A stretch of 64,000 bases of DNA. Source: a bacterium (GTDB lineage: Bacteria; RBG-13-61-14; DATKZS01). Positions 37,535 to 46,262 of this stretch are shown here, one piece after another. The stretch covers positions 896,001-960,000 of the forward strand of contig CAXXFL010000007.1 of NCBI GenBank assembly GCA_963674965.2. Reading direction: 5' to 3'. Numbering within the stretch: the first letter of the stretch is position 1; each line of letters starts with the position of its first letter. Under the pieces are notes generated by a model that worked only from the letters and a program-made list of their open reading frames with translations, was not told where the DNA came from and made no database searches. Both the position numbers and the translations under genes were made by a program.

Positions 37535-39301
37535 TTAAAAGGGAAGGTCGCCGGGTTCTCCGTCCTCGTTCCATCCGCGCAGGCGGTAATAGTCCGATAC
37601 CAGGCGGGCGAGGTCGGACTCGGTTATCGAGGCCCCGGTGGGGTCCATCTTCCTATTGTAAAAGGCCCTGGGCAGGGAGTCTTCGGCCCTGGTCATTCCC
37701 TCCCTCAAGTTGAAGGCCCGGGAAAGGGAGACGACGTTCGAGGCGATTTTCGCGAGTCCTTCTTTATCCAGGTCCATGCCCGCGGATGCTTTTACCAGGG
37801 TGGCCAGCTCGTCCCAGAGGATGACGTCGCGGTGGAAGCGGCACAGGATCATGGTATCGAAGAGGGTGCAGCGGTCCTCGAAGTCGAGGAACGCCGCGGC
37901 CTTGTTCTCGAGCTCGTCGGGCGGGCTGATACCGGCTATCTCGGCCTTGTAAAAGGTCGTCCTCAAATGGCAGGCGCCCCGGTCGGACACGGCGTAGGCC
38001 AGGCCCATGCCCTTGAGAGGACGCGGGTCGTATCCCGCGGGCTCGAGGCCCTTGACGTGGATGGCCTCGTCCTCGAGTTCCCAGGTCCGGGCGGCGTGGA
38101 CGATGCCCCGGGCCAGGACGTCGCCTATTCCCTCCCTCCTGGAGATCATGCCGAGAAGCTCGGCCGAGGCGTCCACGTCGCCGAACTCGATGGGATAGTC
38201 TATGGCCCCGAGCTCGCGGGCCCGCATGGCGAAGCCCACCAGGTTGCCGCCGGTGATGGTGTCGACGCCCATGGAGTTGCAAAGGTCGTTGAGGTAGATG
38301 ATCTCCTCCAGGTCCTCGATCATGCACAGTCCGCCAAAGGCGTAGATGGTCTCGTACTCGGGTCCCTCGATTTTCAGCCCCTTATGGCGGCCGTGAAGGA
38401 CCTCGCTGTTTTGGGTGCAGGCCATGAAGCAGCGGGGACAGGCCTTGGCCGAGACCTTGCACCGCTCGAGGAGAACGTCGCCGCTGAGTTTTTCTTCCCA
38501 GTCATCGCGGCTTCCCCGAGTCCAATAGCGGGTGGGAAAAATATTCAGCGAGTTGGCCACTTTCACCATCTGGGTGGTGCCGTACTTCTTGTAAGCCTTG
38601 ACGCCGGGGTTGTCCTTGCCGATCTCGATCATGTATTTCCAATGGCGACCCAGAAGCGACTCGTCCGCGGCCTCTCTTTTAACGCTCCCACGGAAGGAAA
38701 TGGCCTTGATCTTCTTCGAGCCCATTACCGCGCCCACCCCCGCGCGGCCGGCGCAATGAAACTTGCCGTTAATGATATTGGCGAAGCCCACCAAATTTTC
38801 TCCGCCCGGGCCGATGACGCAGGCGGCGGCTTTCTTGTCGCCCAGTCTTTCCAGCACGAGGTCCTCGGTCTCGTAGACGGACTTTCCCCACAGGTCGCCG
38901 GCGTCGTGGAAGGACGCTCCCCGGTCGGACACGTCGATCCAGACGGGGGAGTCCGAGGCGCCCTGGAAGACGACGGCGTCGAAGCCGGTACGGCTTATCC
39001 GGTCCGCGACTTTGCCTCCCGAGTAGGACTCGACGTAGAGTCCGGTCAGGGGCGACTTGGTAAAGACGCCGTAGCGGGCGGACCCGTGGACCCGCAGGTC
39101 GGTCATGGGTCCGACGGCGAAGATGAGCCGGTTTTCGGGGGAAAAGGGGTCAACGCCGGCGGGGTTGTGCCTGAGGAGGAGCCAGGTGGCGAGTCCCTTG
39201 CCTCCGAGCAGGTTCTGGTAGACCTTGTCCTGGATTTCCTCGACCGCCGTCTCCCGGGTGGAGGCGTTGACGATCAGGACCTTGTTGAAAAATCCATGCA
39301 T
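37535..39301 (-). CDS. aldehyde:ferredoxin oxidoreductase (W/Mo AOR family)
   Basis: LGGKGLA, KSPLTG..ES.SGG, IGPGGE, AGRAGVGAVMGSK, CPRC.MAC, GPEYET, DRGACH, YY..RGW. Confidence 0.92.
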   Translation of the reverse strand: MHGFFNKVLIVNASTRETAVEEIQDKVYQNLLGGKGLATWLLLRHNPAGVDPFSPENRLIFAVGPMTDLRVHGSARYGVFTKSPLTGLYVESYSGGKVADRISRTGFDAVVFQGASDSPVWIDVSDRGASFHDAGDLWGKSVYETEDLVLERLGDKKAAACVIGPGGENLVGFANIINGKFHCAGRAGVGAVMGSKKIKAISFRGSVKREAADESLLGRHWKYMIEIGKDNPGVKAYKKYGTTQMVKVANSLNIFPTRYWTRGSRDDWEEKLSGDVLLERCKVSAKACPRCFMACTQNSEVLHGRHKGLKIEGPEYETIYAFGGLCMIEDLEEIIYLNDLCNSMGVDTITGGNLVGFAMRARELGAIDYPIEFGDVDASAELLGMISRREGIGDVLARGIVHAARTWELEDEAIHVKGLEPAGYDPRPLKGMGLAYAVSDRGACHLRTTFYKAEIAGISPPDELENKAAAFLDFEDRCTLFDTMILCRFHRDVILWDELATLVKASAGMDLDKEGLAKIASNVVSLSRAFNLREGMTRAEDSLPRAFYNRKMDPTGASITESDLARLVSDYYRLRGWNEDGEPGDLPF

Positions 39302-39318
39302 GGCGCGGTGAATAAAGG

Positions 39319-39349
39319 GCTCCGGCGGGGCCAGAGGCCCCGCCGGAGC
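39319..39349 (-). terminator. 14-bp perfect GC hairpin between the ThDP enzyme and AOR genes
   Basis: GCTCCGGCGGGGCC-AGA-GGCCCCGCCGGAGC; weak U-tract on the minus strand. Confidence 0.55.
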
Positions 39350-39356
39350 GAGCAAG

Positions 39357-41048
39357 TTAGGCGAAGGCCGCGAAGTGCTTTTGCTTGCTCACCGTGGCGT
39401 CGATGAGCGAGGGTTTGCCGTTGTTGATCGCCTCGTGGAAGGCGGGCTTCAAGTCCTCGGCCTTTTCTATCTTGTAGGCCTCGAGCCCGATGGACTTGGC
39501 GATGTCGGGGAAGTTGATGGGCGCGTACTCGGTGGCCAGTCTCCGGTCGTCGGGCTGGTAGTCCATCACGTTGCCCAGGACGGAGTTGTTCATGACCACG
39601 TAGGTGACGGGAACGTTCAGGTCCTTGGCCATCTCGAGCCCGTAGAGCTGGAGCTGCATTCCGCCGTCGCCCATGACCGCGACCACCTTCTTGTCCCTGG
39701 CGTGGAGCTGGGCCGCGATGGAGGCGGTCACGCTCCAGCCGATGGGCGTGACGCCGGCGGGGATGATGGTCTGGCCGGGGGCCTTGGACTGGAAGTGCTT
39801 GCCCATCCACACCTTGTTGTTTCCGCCGTCCATGACGATGAGGACGTCCTCGCCCACCGAGTCGTTCAGGTCCTTGACCAGGCGCTCGGGCGCGGTGGGG
39901 GAGTCGTCCGCCTTCATCTGGGGATGGTTGAAGAAGTTCTTCTCGGCTTTCTCCTTTTTGATCGCCGCCACCCTGGCCGCCACGTCTATCTTGGGCGCCC
40001 TGTCCTTCACGGCCTCGAGGACCATGCGCATGGCCAGCTTGGCGTCGGAGACCGCGCCGATCTCGACCGGATACGTGAAGCCCACGTCCAGCGGCTCGAT
40101 GCTGATCTGGATGATCTTCTGCTTGGCGGGATCGATCCAGTCCGCGGCGAGCATTTTATTGTTTTCCGGGGCCAGGCCCGTGCCCATGGCCAGGATCACG
40201 TCGGCTCCTCTTACCCTGTCGTTGGCCGCGGCCTGTCCGAAGTTCCCGGTGGTGCCAAGGGCGAGGTCGTGGACCTCGGGCAGGGTGCTTTTTCCGAGCA
40301 GGCTGGTGGCCACGGGTATGCCCAGGGTCTCGGCCAGCTCCTTCAGCTCGGCGTAGGCCTTGGACATGTGGACGCCCATGCCCGAGATGATGAGCGGGTT
40401 TTTCGCCTGGATAAGCATGTCGGCTATCTTCTCGGCGTCGGAGGCCGAAAGGCAGGGCGGACTGACGTTCAGGTACCCGTTCACGTTATGAAGGGGCGGC
40501 GTTATGGCGGCCTCGTCGATCTCCGAGGTGATCACGTTCCACCTGGCTATGACGGCGGTTGGGCCGGGCTTGCCGGTGGTGGCGTGCTTGATGGCGAGCT
40601 GCACGCCGTGGATGTACTCGGAGGGGCTGTGAGCCACGGTGGTGTACTTGGTCATGCCCTTAAAGATGGCGGGGAAGTCCAGGGACCCGTATTCTCCGCT
40701 TCCGCACTGATAGGGCATATGCTGCACCAGTCCTCCATAGTCGGAGAACTCGGCCAGCACCACCATGGGGGAACCGGCGTGGAAAGCCTCCATGATGCCA
40801 AGGCCCGCGCTCGATGCCAGCCAGGCCCCCTGGGCCAGGATAACGCCCGGCTTGCCCGAGAGCCTTCCGTACATGTCGGCCATGCCCGAGGCGCACTGCT
40901 CGTTCCGAACCAGCACGGTGTTGATCTTGTCCTTCCTGTCGAACAGGGGGTCGAACATGAACATGTTGCTGCCCCCCGGCATCCCGAACACGTACTCGAT
41001 CCCGGCGTCGATAAGAATATCCGCCACGATGTCCCTTGTTTTAGCCAT
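39357..41048 (-). CDS. thiamine-diphosphate-dependent enzyme (acetolactate synthase/decarboxylase superfamily)
   Basis: VFGMPG, VRNEQ, GDGG...MNN ThDP motif. Confidence 0.9.
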   Translation of the reverse strand: MAKTRDIVADILIDAGIEYVFGMPGGSNMFMFDPLFDRKDKINTVLVRNEQCASGMADMYGRLSGKPGVILAQGAWLASSAGLGIMEAFHAGSPMVVLAEFSDYGGLVQHMPYQCGSGEYGSLDFPAIFKGMTKYTTVAHSPSEYIHGVQLAIKHATTGKPGPTAVIARWNVITSEIDEAAITPPLHNVNGYLNVSPPCLSASDAEKIADMLIQAKNPLIISGMGVHMSKAYAELKELAETLGIPVATSLLGKSTLPEVHDLALGTTGNFGQAAANDRVRGADVILAMGTGLAPENNKMLAADWIDPAKQKIIQISIEPLDVGFTYPVEIGAVSDAKLAMRMVLEAVKDRAPKIDVAARVAAIKKEKAEKNFFNHPQMKADDSPTAPERLVKDLNDSVGEDVLIVMDGGNNKVWMGKHFQSKAPGQTIIPAGVTPIGWSVTASIAAQLHARDKKVVAVMGDGGMQLQLYGLEMAKDLNVPVTYVVMNNSVLGNVMDYQPDDRRLATEYAPINFPDIAKSIGLEAYKIEKAEDLKPAFHEAINNGKPSLIDATVSKQKHFAAFA

Positions 41049-41111
41049 AATCCAGCCTCCTTAAAATCTTTTTTTATCAGGGTGAAGGCCCGAAGGCCTC
41101 GCGCTTCCCCA

Positions 41112-42575
41112 TTAATCGGCGCGGCCGTGAGACGCGCTCGCGGCCCTCGCCCACTTTACAAGCTCGGAGTCGGGTCCTGAAAGCTCCGCGACTCGGGTTA
41201 TTTTCTCGCTTGCCCTGGCCTTGTCTCCCATCCTCGAGTAAGCCTTGGCCAAGAAGGCGCTTGTTCTAGCCTCCATGGCGGGAAGAAGCTCGAACTCTAT
41301 CTCCCGCCTCATCCAGGCCTCCATCTCGGGAACGATAATGGAACCGGTTTGGAAAAGCTCCGAAATTGCCTCGAGAATTTCCACGCCCGGCCGCGTGGAC
41401 TCGAGGACGTCGGGGAGAATCGAAAATACGCCGCCCTTAACGTACAAGGCCGCCAGCTCGGAAAGATCGGGCCGGGCCGGGACCTGGCCAATCCGGCCCA
41501 GGTAGCGCATGGCTTTTTTTGTAAGAAAAATCGGCTCCGAAAAACCCGGAGACTCGAGGGCCCTGAAGATATAGGTCAAGGCCGCCGCCGCGTTGAAAAG
41601 GCCCCTGGCGGTTGGATTGGGTATATGTTCCTCGACGAGCGCCTCGGCCGCGCGGGCGCCGTCCATGGCCAGGACGGAGGCGATTAACGCCGGCATGAGC
41701 CGCTTTTTTTCCTTTGCGGCCGCGGACGCCAGCGTTTTAGCCGCCCCTTGCCCGTCTCCCTTGATGGCCAGATAGGCGGCCAGCGCGAAGGTTTCGGTGG
41801 GGGCCTCGTCGGGCAACTCCTTCCCCTCGAGGGGAAGGACGTTGAGGAAGACGAGGTCTCCCGGTATCTCGTCCAGGCTGCGGATGGCGTTTTGGCTGAT
41901 GGTCCTGGCCTTGCGGCCCCGGAACAGTGAAATCAAGGCGTCCAGGGTCTCGTCTCCCTCGGTCATCAGCTTCACCGCCTCGCGAGTGGAAACGTCGCCC
42001 AAAATGGACCTGGTAAAAAGCTTGACGTCCGCGTCGACCGCCTTCTCAATGGCCTCCCTGTAGATGCGCACCGTGGAGAGGGAATGGTCGAAGGGAATGC
42101 CCATCTCCCCCCGCCTCCGCATGACCTCGATGATTTTAACGTCGATGGGGTCGTAATACCTGACGCCGTCCTTTATATAAGGCCTGACGACGCCCTCCTC
42201 CGCCAGGGCCAGGATATGGTCCAGGGGGTATCCGCACCGGCGCTCGATCTTGGACTCGGGAACTGGCCTGGCTTTCTCCGACACCAGGCTCTGTTTGAAA
42301 ATGGCCTTGCCGAAGTTGACGTCGTCCTCGAAGGTGTCGCCCGAGTCGATCATGCGCCTTATGACCTCGAGGGGCAGGAACTTTTCCTTTTGCAGCTTCT
42401 TGATTCGATGTATCCTGTCTATGGAGGACTCGTCGTAATAGGCCATGGTCTTGCCGGTCTTGACGGGCTTGGGAATAAGGCCCTCGTTGACGTAGTGCTT
42501 GATGGTGGCTGGCGACACTCCGGCCTTTTGGGCGAGCTCGCTAATGCGGAGCATATTTTTCTTGTCGGCCTTCAT
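41112..42575 (-). CDS. MerR-family transcriptional regulator with long helical C-terminal region
   Basis: LRISELAQKAGVSPATIKHYVNEGLIPKP..YY...I..IK.LQ...LPLE.I. Confidence 0.85.
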   Translation of the reverse strand: MKADKKNMLRISELAQKAGVSPATIKHYVNEGLIPKPVKTGKTMAYYDESSIDRIHRIKKLQKEKFLPLEVIRRMIDSGDTFEDDVNFGKAIFKQSLVSEKARPVPESKIERRCGYPLDHILALAEEGVVRPYIKDGVRYYDPIDVKIIEVMRRRGEMGIPFDHSLSTVRIYREAIEKAVDADVKLFTRSILGDVSTREAVKLMTEGDETLDALISLFRGRKARTISQNAIRSLDEIPGDLVFLNVLPLEGKELPDEAPTETFALAAYLAIKGDGQGAAKTLASAAAKEKKRLMPALIASVLAMDGARAAEALVEEHIPNPTARGLFNAAAALTYIFRALESPGFSEPIFLTKKAMRYLGRIGQVPARPDLSELAALYVKGGVFSILPDVLESTRPGVEILEAISELFQTGSIIVPEMEAWMRREIEFELLPAMEARTSAFLAKAYSRMGDKARASEKITRVAELSGPDSELVKWARAASASHGRAD

Positions 42576-42578
42576 GAT

Positions 42579-42604
42579 TAAGAAGTAAAACGTTCTACTT
42601 CTTA
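42579..42604. promoter_or_regulatory. 26-bp palindrome, candidate auto-operator of the MerR-like regulator
   Basis: TAAGAAGTA-AAACGTTC-TACTTCTTA just upstream of ATG and downstream of minus-strand TTGACA (42631-42626). Confidence 0.6.
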
Positions 42605-42913
42605 TTTAACTTATAATGGAAACAATGTCAAGACTTTTTTCGAGACTAAATAACGTTTAACAGCCCGAGCGTCAATATTAGACGAAAGTCGAGGGCGGAT
42701 CATTAAAACGTTACCAGGACGATAACCATTCATAAAACAAGCCCACCCGGCCAGGACGACCGATCTTCAAACTGGAAAAGAACGATAATCCAGGCCAAGA
42801 CGCTCCGTTCTACCTTCCGTGAGCGGCGCATTTTCAGCTCCTTGTTAGTTTAGACCCGATCCATCTGCTAGAATCATTGTATCGCCTGGAAGGCGAGCCC
42901 GGACGCGTCCGAA

Positions 42914-44362
42914 ATGAAAAACTTGAGGAAAATTGTTAAGCTCACTGGCCTCACCGCGGCTCTATTCGCGCTGGCCCTTTTCTCGGGTTACGACTGCAAG
43001 CCGCGCCATAAGACGCCGCCTCCCAGGCGCGTGGTACTCATGGTGATCGATACCCTGCGGGCCGACCACGTGGGCGCCTACGGCTACGGCCGGGCCACTT
43101 CTCCCAACATGGACTCGATAGCCTCGCGCGGGATTTTATTTAAAAGGACGGTGGCGGGCAGTTCCTGGACCCAGCCCTCCATGGCCTCGCTCATGACCTC
43201 GACCTATCCTCGGGTCCACCACGTGAACTCGGCGCCGGCGGGCAAGGCCTCCGCGGCCGTTCTTCCCTCCCGGCTGGTCACCATGGCCGAGTTCCTCAAA
43301 CAACGGGGATTCGAGACCAAGGCCGTGAGTTCCCAGCCCCTTTGCAACGCCCTTACCGGCTTCGACCAGGGCTTTGACGACTTCGAAAGCGTTTTCGAGG
43401 CGCTTTTAGACGAGCGGGAGACGGAGAAGGTGATGGACCGGGCCCTTGCCTGGCTGGAGTCGCGTTCACCTGACTCGAGTTTCTTCCTTTATATCCACGT
43501 GATGGGTCCGCATTTCCCCTACATTCCTCCACCAGGCTACAAGGGAAGGTTCGGCTCGGAGGGGTCGAGAAAAATCGAGGCCATGTTCCACGGCATGGAT
43601 TACAAGGAGCAGATGGAATACCTGATGAGCGACGAGGCGGCAAAGCGGTTTTCGGCCTCTCCGGACCTTCTGGCCGAGCTCGTCGCTCTCTACGACGAGG
43701 AGATAGCCTACGTTGACGATCAGGTCAAGCGCCTGTGGGACGCGCTCGAGGGGCGGGGCATGATCGATGAAACCATGTTTATCTTGACCTCGGACCATGG
43801 GGAGGGTTTTCTCGATCATGGCCTCTTCACTCACGGCAACGCTCTTTACCGGGAACTGGTCGAGGTCCCCATGATAATTCATTACCCACCCCTGGGGAAA
43901 TCTCTTTCCATTGACGGCGTTGTTTCCCATCTGGACGTTCTTCCCACTCTGGCCGACCTTTTCGGGGAGCGGGCGCCTTACCCGTCGCAGGGGGAGTCTC
44001 TTATTCCCCTGGCCATGGGCAAGGCCGACCGTACACCGGCCCTTTCCGAGCTTTATCTTCGGGCCATGGCCAAGATAACGGACCGGGATTACTCGCTTAT
44101 CTACCGGCCCAAGTCCCGTTTTCAGGTCAAGGGCCAGACCTTTACGAACGAGGAGGAGACGACCCTTCTGTTCGATCTTGCAAAAGACCCGGGCGAAACG
44201 AGAGACCTTTCGGAGACGGAGGTGGAACGGGCCGCTGCGCTCAAAACCGAGCTGCTCGAGATGGAGGAGGAAAACGCCCGGATCAAAATACCCGCCGCCG
44301 ATTCGATCCAGTACGATCCCAAGCACGTCGAGCAGTTGAAGGCGGTGGGGTATCTGCACTGA
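42914..44362 (+). CDS. sulfatase-like (alkaline phosphatase superfamily) exported hydrolase
   Basis: IDTLRADH, SSWTQPSMASL, H..GPHFPY, YDEEI.YVD, SDHGE, HG..LY, L.A.GY. Confidence 0.85.
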   Translation: MKNLRKIVKLTGLTAALFALALFSGYDCKPRHKTPPPRRVVLMVIDTLRADHVGAYGYGRATSPNMDSIASRGILFKRTVAGSSWTQPSMASLMTSTYPRVHHVNSAPAGKASAAVLPSRLVTMAEFLKQRGFETKAVSSQPLCNALTGFDQGFDDFESVFEALLDERETEKVMDRALAWLESRSPDSSFFLYIHVMGPHFPYIPPPGYKGRFGSEGSRKIEAMFHGMDYKEQMEYLMSDEAAKRFSASPDLLAELVALYDEEIAYVDDQVKRLWDALEGRGMIDETMFILTSDHGEGFLDHGLFTHGNALYRELVEVPMIIHYPPLGKSLSIDGVVSHLDVLPTLADLFGERAPYPSQGESLIPLAMGKADRTPALSELYLRAMAKITDRDYSLIYRPKSRFQVKGQTFTNEEETTLLFDLAKDPGETRDLSETEVERAAALKTELLEMEEENARIKIPAADSIQYDPKHVEQLKAVGYLH

Positions 44363-44401
44363 GCGGGCGGGATGGTGGACGAGGTTTGGCCGGGAGAGAC
44401 A

Positions 44402-44497
44402 ATGCAATATCGAATAGCCCGCCTCGATAAGGTGGAGTTCCTTACGACCAATAGCGGGGCTCGAGCGTTCTGGAAAGCCATGGTTTTCGGGGACTAG
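44402..44497 (+). pseudogene. possible GNAT acetyltransferase C-terminal remnant (31 aa)
   Basis: VEFLTTNSGARAFWKAMVF resembles the GNAT N..A..F(W/Y)...GF motif. Confidence 0.35.
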
Positions 44498-44549
44498 GCG
44501 GCCGCGCTCGAGACGCCTCCGAACGGTAGAGACGGGGCGTTTTGGGTGA

Positions 44550-44578
44550 TTGATTTTCGGGGAATTCGGTGTTAATCT
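44550..44578 (+). promoter_or_regulatory. sigma70 promoter of the tRNA
   Basis: TTGATT-17 bp-TAATCT with an extended TG, 10 nt before the tRNA. Confidence 0.6.
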
Positions 44579-44588
44579 ACAAATTCAC

Positions 44589-44665
44589 GGCGGCTTAGCT
44601 CAGGTGGTTAGAGCACACGGCTCATATCCGTGTTGTCCGGGGTTCGAGTCCCTGAGCCGCCACCA
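44589..44665 (+). tRNA. tRNA-Met(CAT), probably elongator
   Basis: acceptor GGCGGCT/AGCCGCC, D arm, anticodon arm CACGG-CTCATAT-CCGTG, GGTTCGAGTCC, encoded CCA; paired 1:72 argues against initiator; Ile2 not strictly excluded. Confidence 0.93.
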
Positions 44666-44678
44666 AAACAATTACCTG

Positions 44679-44714
44679 ATCCAGGAGGATTTATCTTCCT
44701 GGATTTTCTTTTTT
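44679..44714 (+). terminator. intrinsic terminator after the tRNA
   Basis: ATCCAGGA...TCCTGGAT stem followed by a T-rich tract. Confidence 0.7.
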
Positions 44715-44764
44715 CGGGGATATGGACCGGCCTATCCCGAGCGCCGTCCCCCTCCAGCGCGGCA

Positions 44765-45241
44765 TTATTTGTCCGCTTCGCCCGGGTTAATGCAGAACAC
44801 GCTGCAAGGCGCCCTTCTTACGACCCTTTCGGCCACGCTACCGATTATGAGGTGCGACAGTCCGGTCCTGCCATGCGTGCCCATGACGATGAGGTCGATA
44901 TCGTTTTCCCCGGCGTATTTGACTATCTGCTCGAAGGGCAAGCCTTCCTTGACTACCTTGAAGATTTTTCGGTCATTGTTGTCGATCCCGCTGAGGATTT
45001 TATCGAGCTGCAGGCCGGCTCCTTTCGTCATCTGCTCCCTTATGTCCTTTTCGACCGAGGGAGATATTATAGGGTCCATCCAGGACCCGGCCTCCGCCAG
45101 GGAGGGGACGTGGACCACGTGCAGGACGGCCAAGTCGGCCTCGAACTTGTGGGCCAGAAACTCGGCGTACTCGAGTATCTTGCCGGTCATTTCCGAGAAA
45201 TCGACCGGGACCAGAATGCTTTTAATGTCCGGGGTTTTCAT
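44765..45241 (-). CDS. universal stress protein
   Basis: ILVPVDFS, DLIVMGTHGRTG...GSVAERVVRRAPCSV. Confidence 0.93.
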   Translation of the reverse strand: MKTPDIKSILVPVDFSEMTGKILEYAEFLAHKFEADLAVLHVVHVPSLAEAGSWMDPIISPSVEKDIREQMTKGAGLQLDKILSGIDNNDRKIFKVVKEGLPFEQIVKYAGENDIDLIVMGTHGRTGLSHLIIGSVAERVVRRAPCSVFCINPGEADK

Positions 45242-45421
45242 GTCGGCCTCCTTGCCTTACAATTGTAAGCGCGGACGATCGCCTCGTCTATAGTATGTAG
45301 ACTATCACGAGTGAGGGTCCGATTGTAGTCTCTTGGCCGCGTCCCCGGGAAATTTTTCTTCCCTTGATTTGGCGCCCAAGGGAGCTACCATCTTTTATAT
45401 TGTCTTTGAAAGGAGAGTGAA

Positions 45422-46219
45422 ATGATCAGAAAAACCTGCGCGTTCTTTATCGGCGCCTTTCTTGTTTGCCTTTCCGTCTCGGCCAAGCCCGGGGACTGGA
45501 AAAGACTGGGAAACCCGGGCGAGTGGCTGGGCACGACGGCCGGGACCATTTTAGGCGGGAAACTGTACACGACCGAGGGATCGGGCAAGCTCTACGTTAC
45601 CGACCTGACCGCCGGGACATGGAAGGAAATCGGCAAGCCCGACTTCGCCGGCACGCGTTTCATGTTCGCCGTGGACCAGACCTTATATACCATCGAGCTT
45701 GACGGCGCCCTGTACGCGGTCAACCCGTCGGACGGCTCGTGGAAATCGGTGGGTACGCCCGGCGATTTCAAGCTGACCACGGCGGGGGCGGTCCTTGGCG
45801 GCAAGATTTACACGGTCGACTCGACGGGGGACCTCATCGAGGTCAACCCGGCGGACGGGTCCAGGAAGAAAATCGGCAAGCCCGACTTCGCGGGAACGAA
45901 GTTCCTCTTCGCCGTTGAAAACGATCTTTTCAGCATCGAGAGCGACGGCAGCCTCTATCGTATCAATCCCGCCGACGGTACCTGGAAGGGAGTGGGAAAG
46001 CCCGGCGACTGGGCGCTTACCATTGGAGGAACGGTGGTGGGCAAGAACATCTTCACCGCCGAGAGCTCGGGCGCCTTTTACGTTACCGACCCTTCAACCG
46101 GGAAATGGGTGAAGCTGGGCGAGAACGACTTCGTGAAGACCCAGCACATGTGGGCCGGCGGCGAGAACATTTACAGTATCGAGTCCGACGGCAGTCTTTA
46201 CGAGATATATCTCAAATAG
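45422..46219 (+). CDS. secreted six-bladed beta-propeller repeat protein (lectin-like)
   Basis: signal peptide; three 81-aa repeats of two blades each; identical 22-bp DNA at 45627 and 45870. Confidence 0.8.
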   Translation: MIRKTCAFFIGAFLVCLSVSAKPGDWKRLGNPGEWLGTTAGTILGGKLYTTEGSGKLYVTDLTAGTWKEIGKPDFAGTRFMFAVDQTLYTIELDGALYAVNPSDGSWKSVGTPGDFKLTTAGAVLGGKIYTVDSTGDLIEVNPADGSRKKIGKPDFAGTKFLFAVENDLFSIESDGSLYRINPADGTWKGVGKPGDWALTIGGTVVGKNIFTAESSGAFYVTDPSTGKWVKLGENDFVKTQHMWAGGENIYSIESDGSLYEIYLK

Positions 46220-46232
46220 CCGGTATGGGTAA

Positions 46233-46262
46233 GGGGCCCGGGGGAATTCTCCGGGCCTTTTT
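46233..46262 (+). terminator. intrinsic terminator
   Basis: GGCCCGG...CCGGGCC followed by TTTTT. Confidence 0.65.

Noticed and set aside
37373-41180. Long plus-strand ORFs (677 and 601 aa), likewise 29858-31630 and many others
   Set aside because: Antisense shadows of clear genes in a high-GC genome, with no recognisable motifs.
44589-44665. tRNA-Met as an island integration site
   Set aside because: No duplicate of its 3' end and no integrase seen; the downstream genes have typical composition.
44550-45293. ORFs overlapping the tRNA and usp
   Set aside because: They conflict with a canonical tRNA and an antisense Usp gene.
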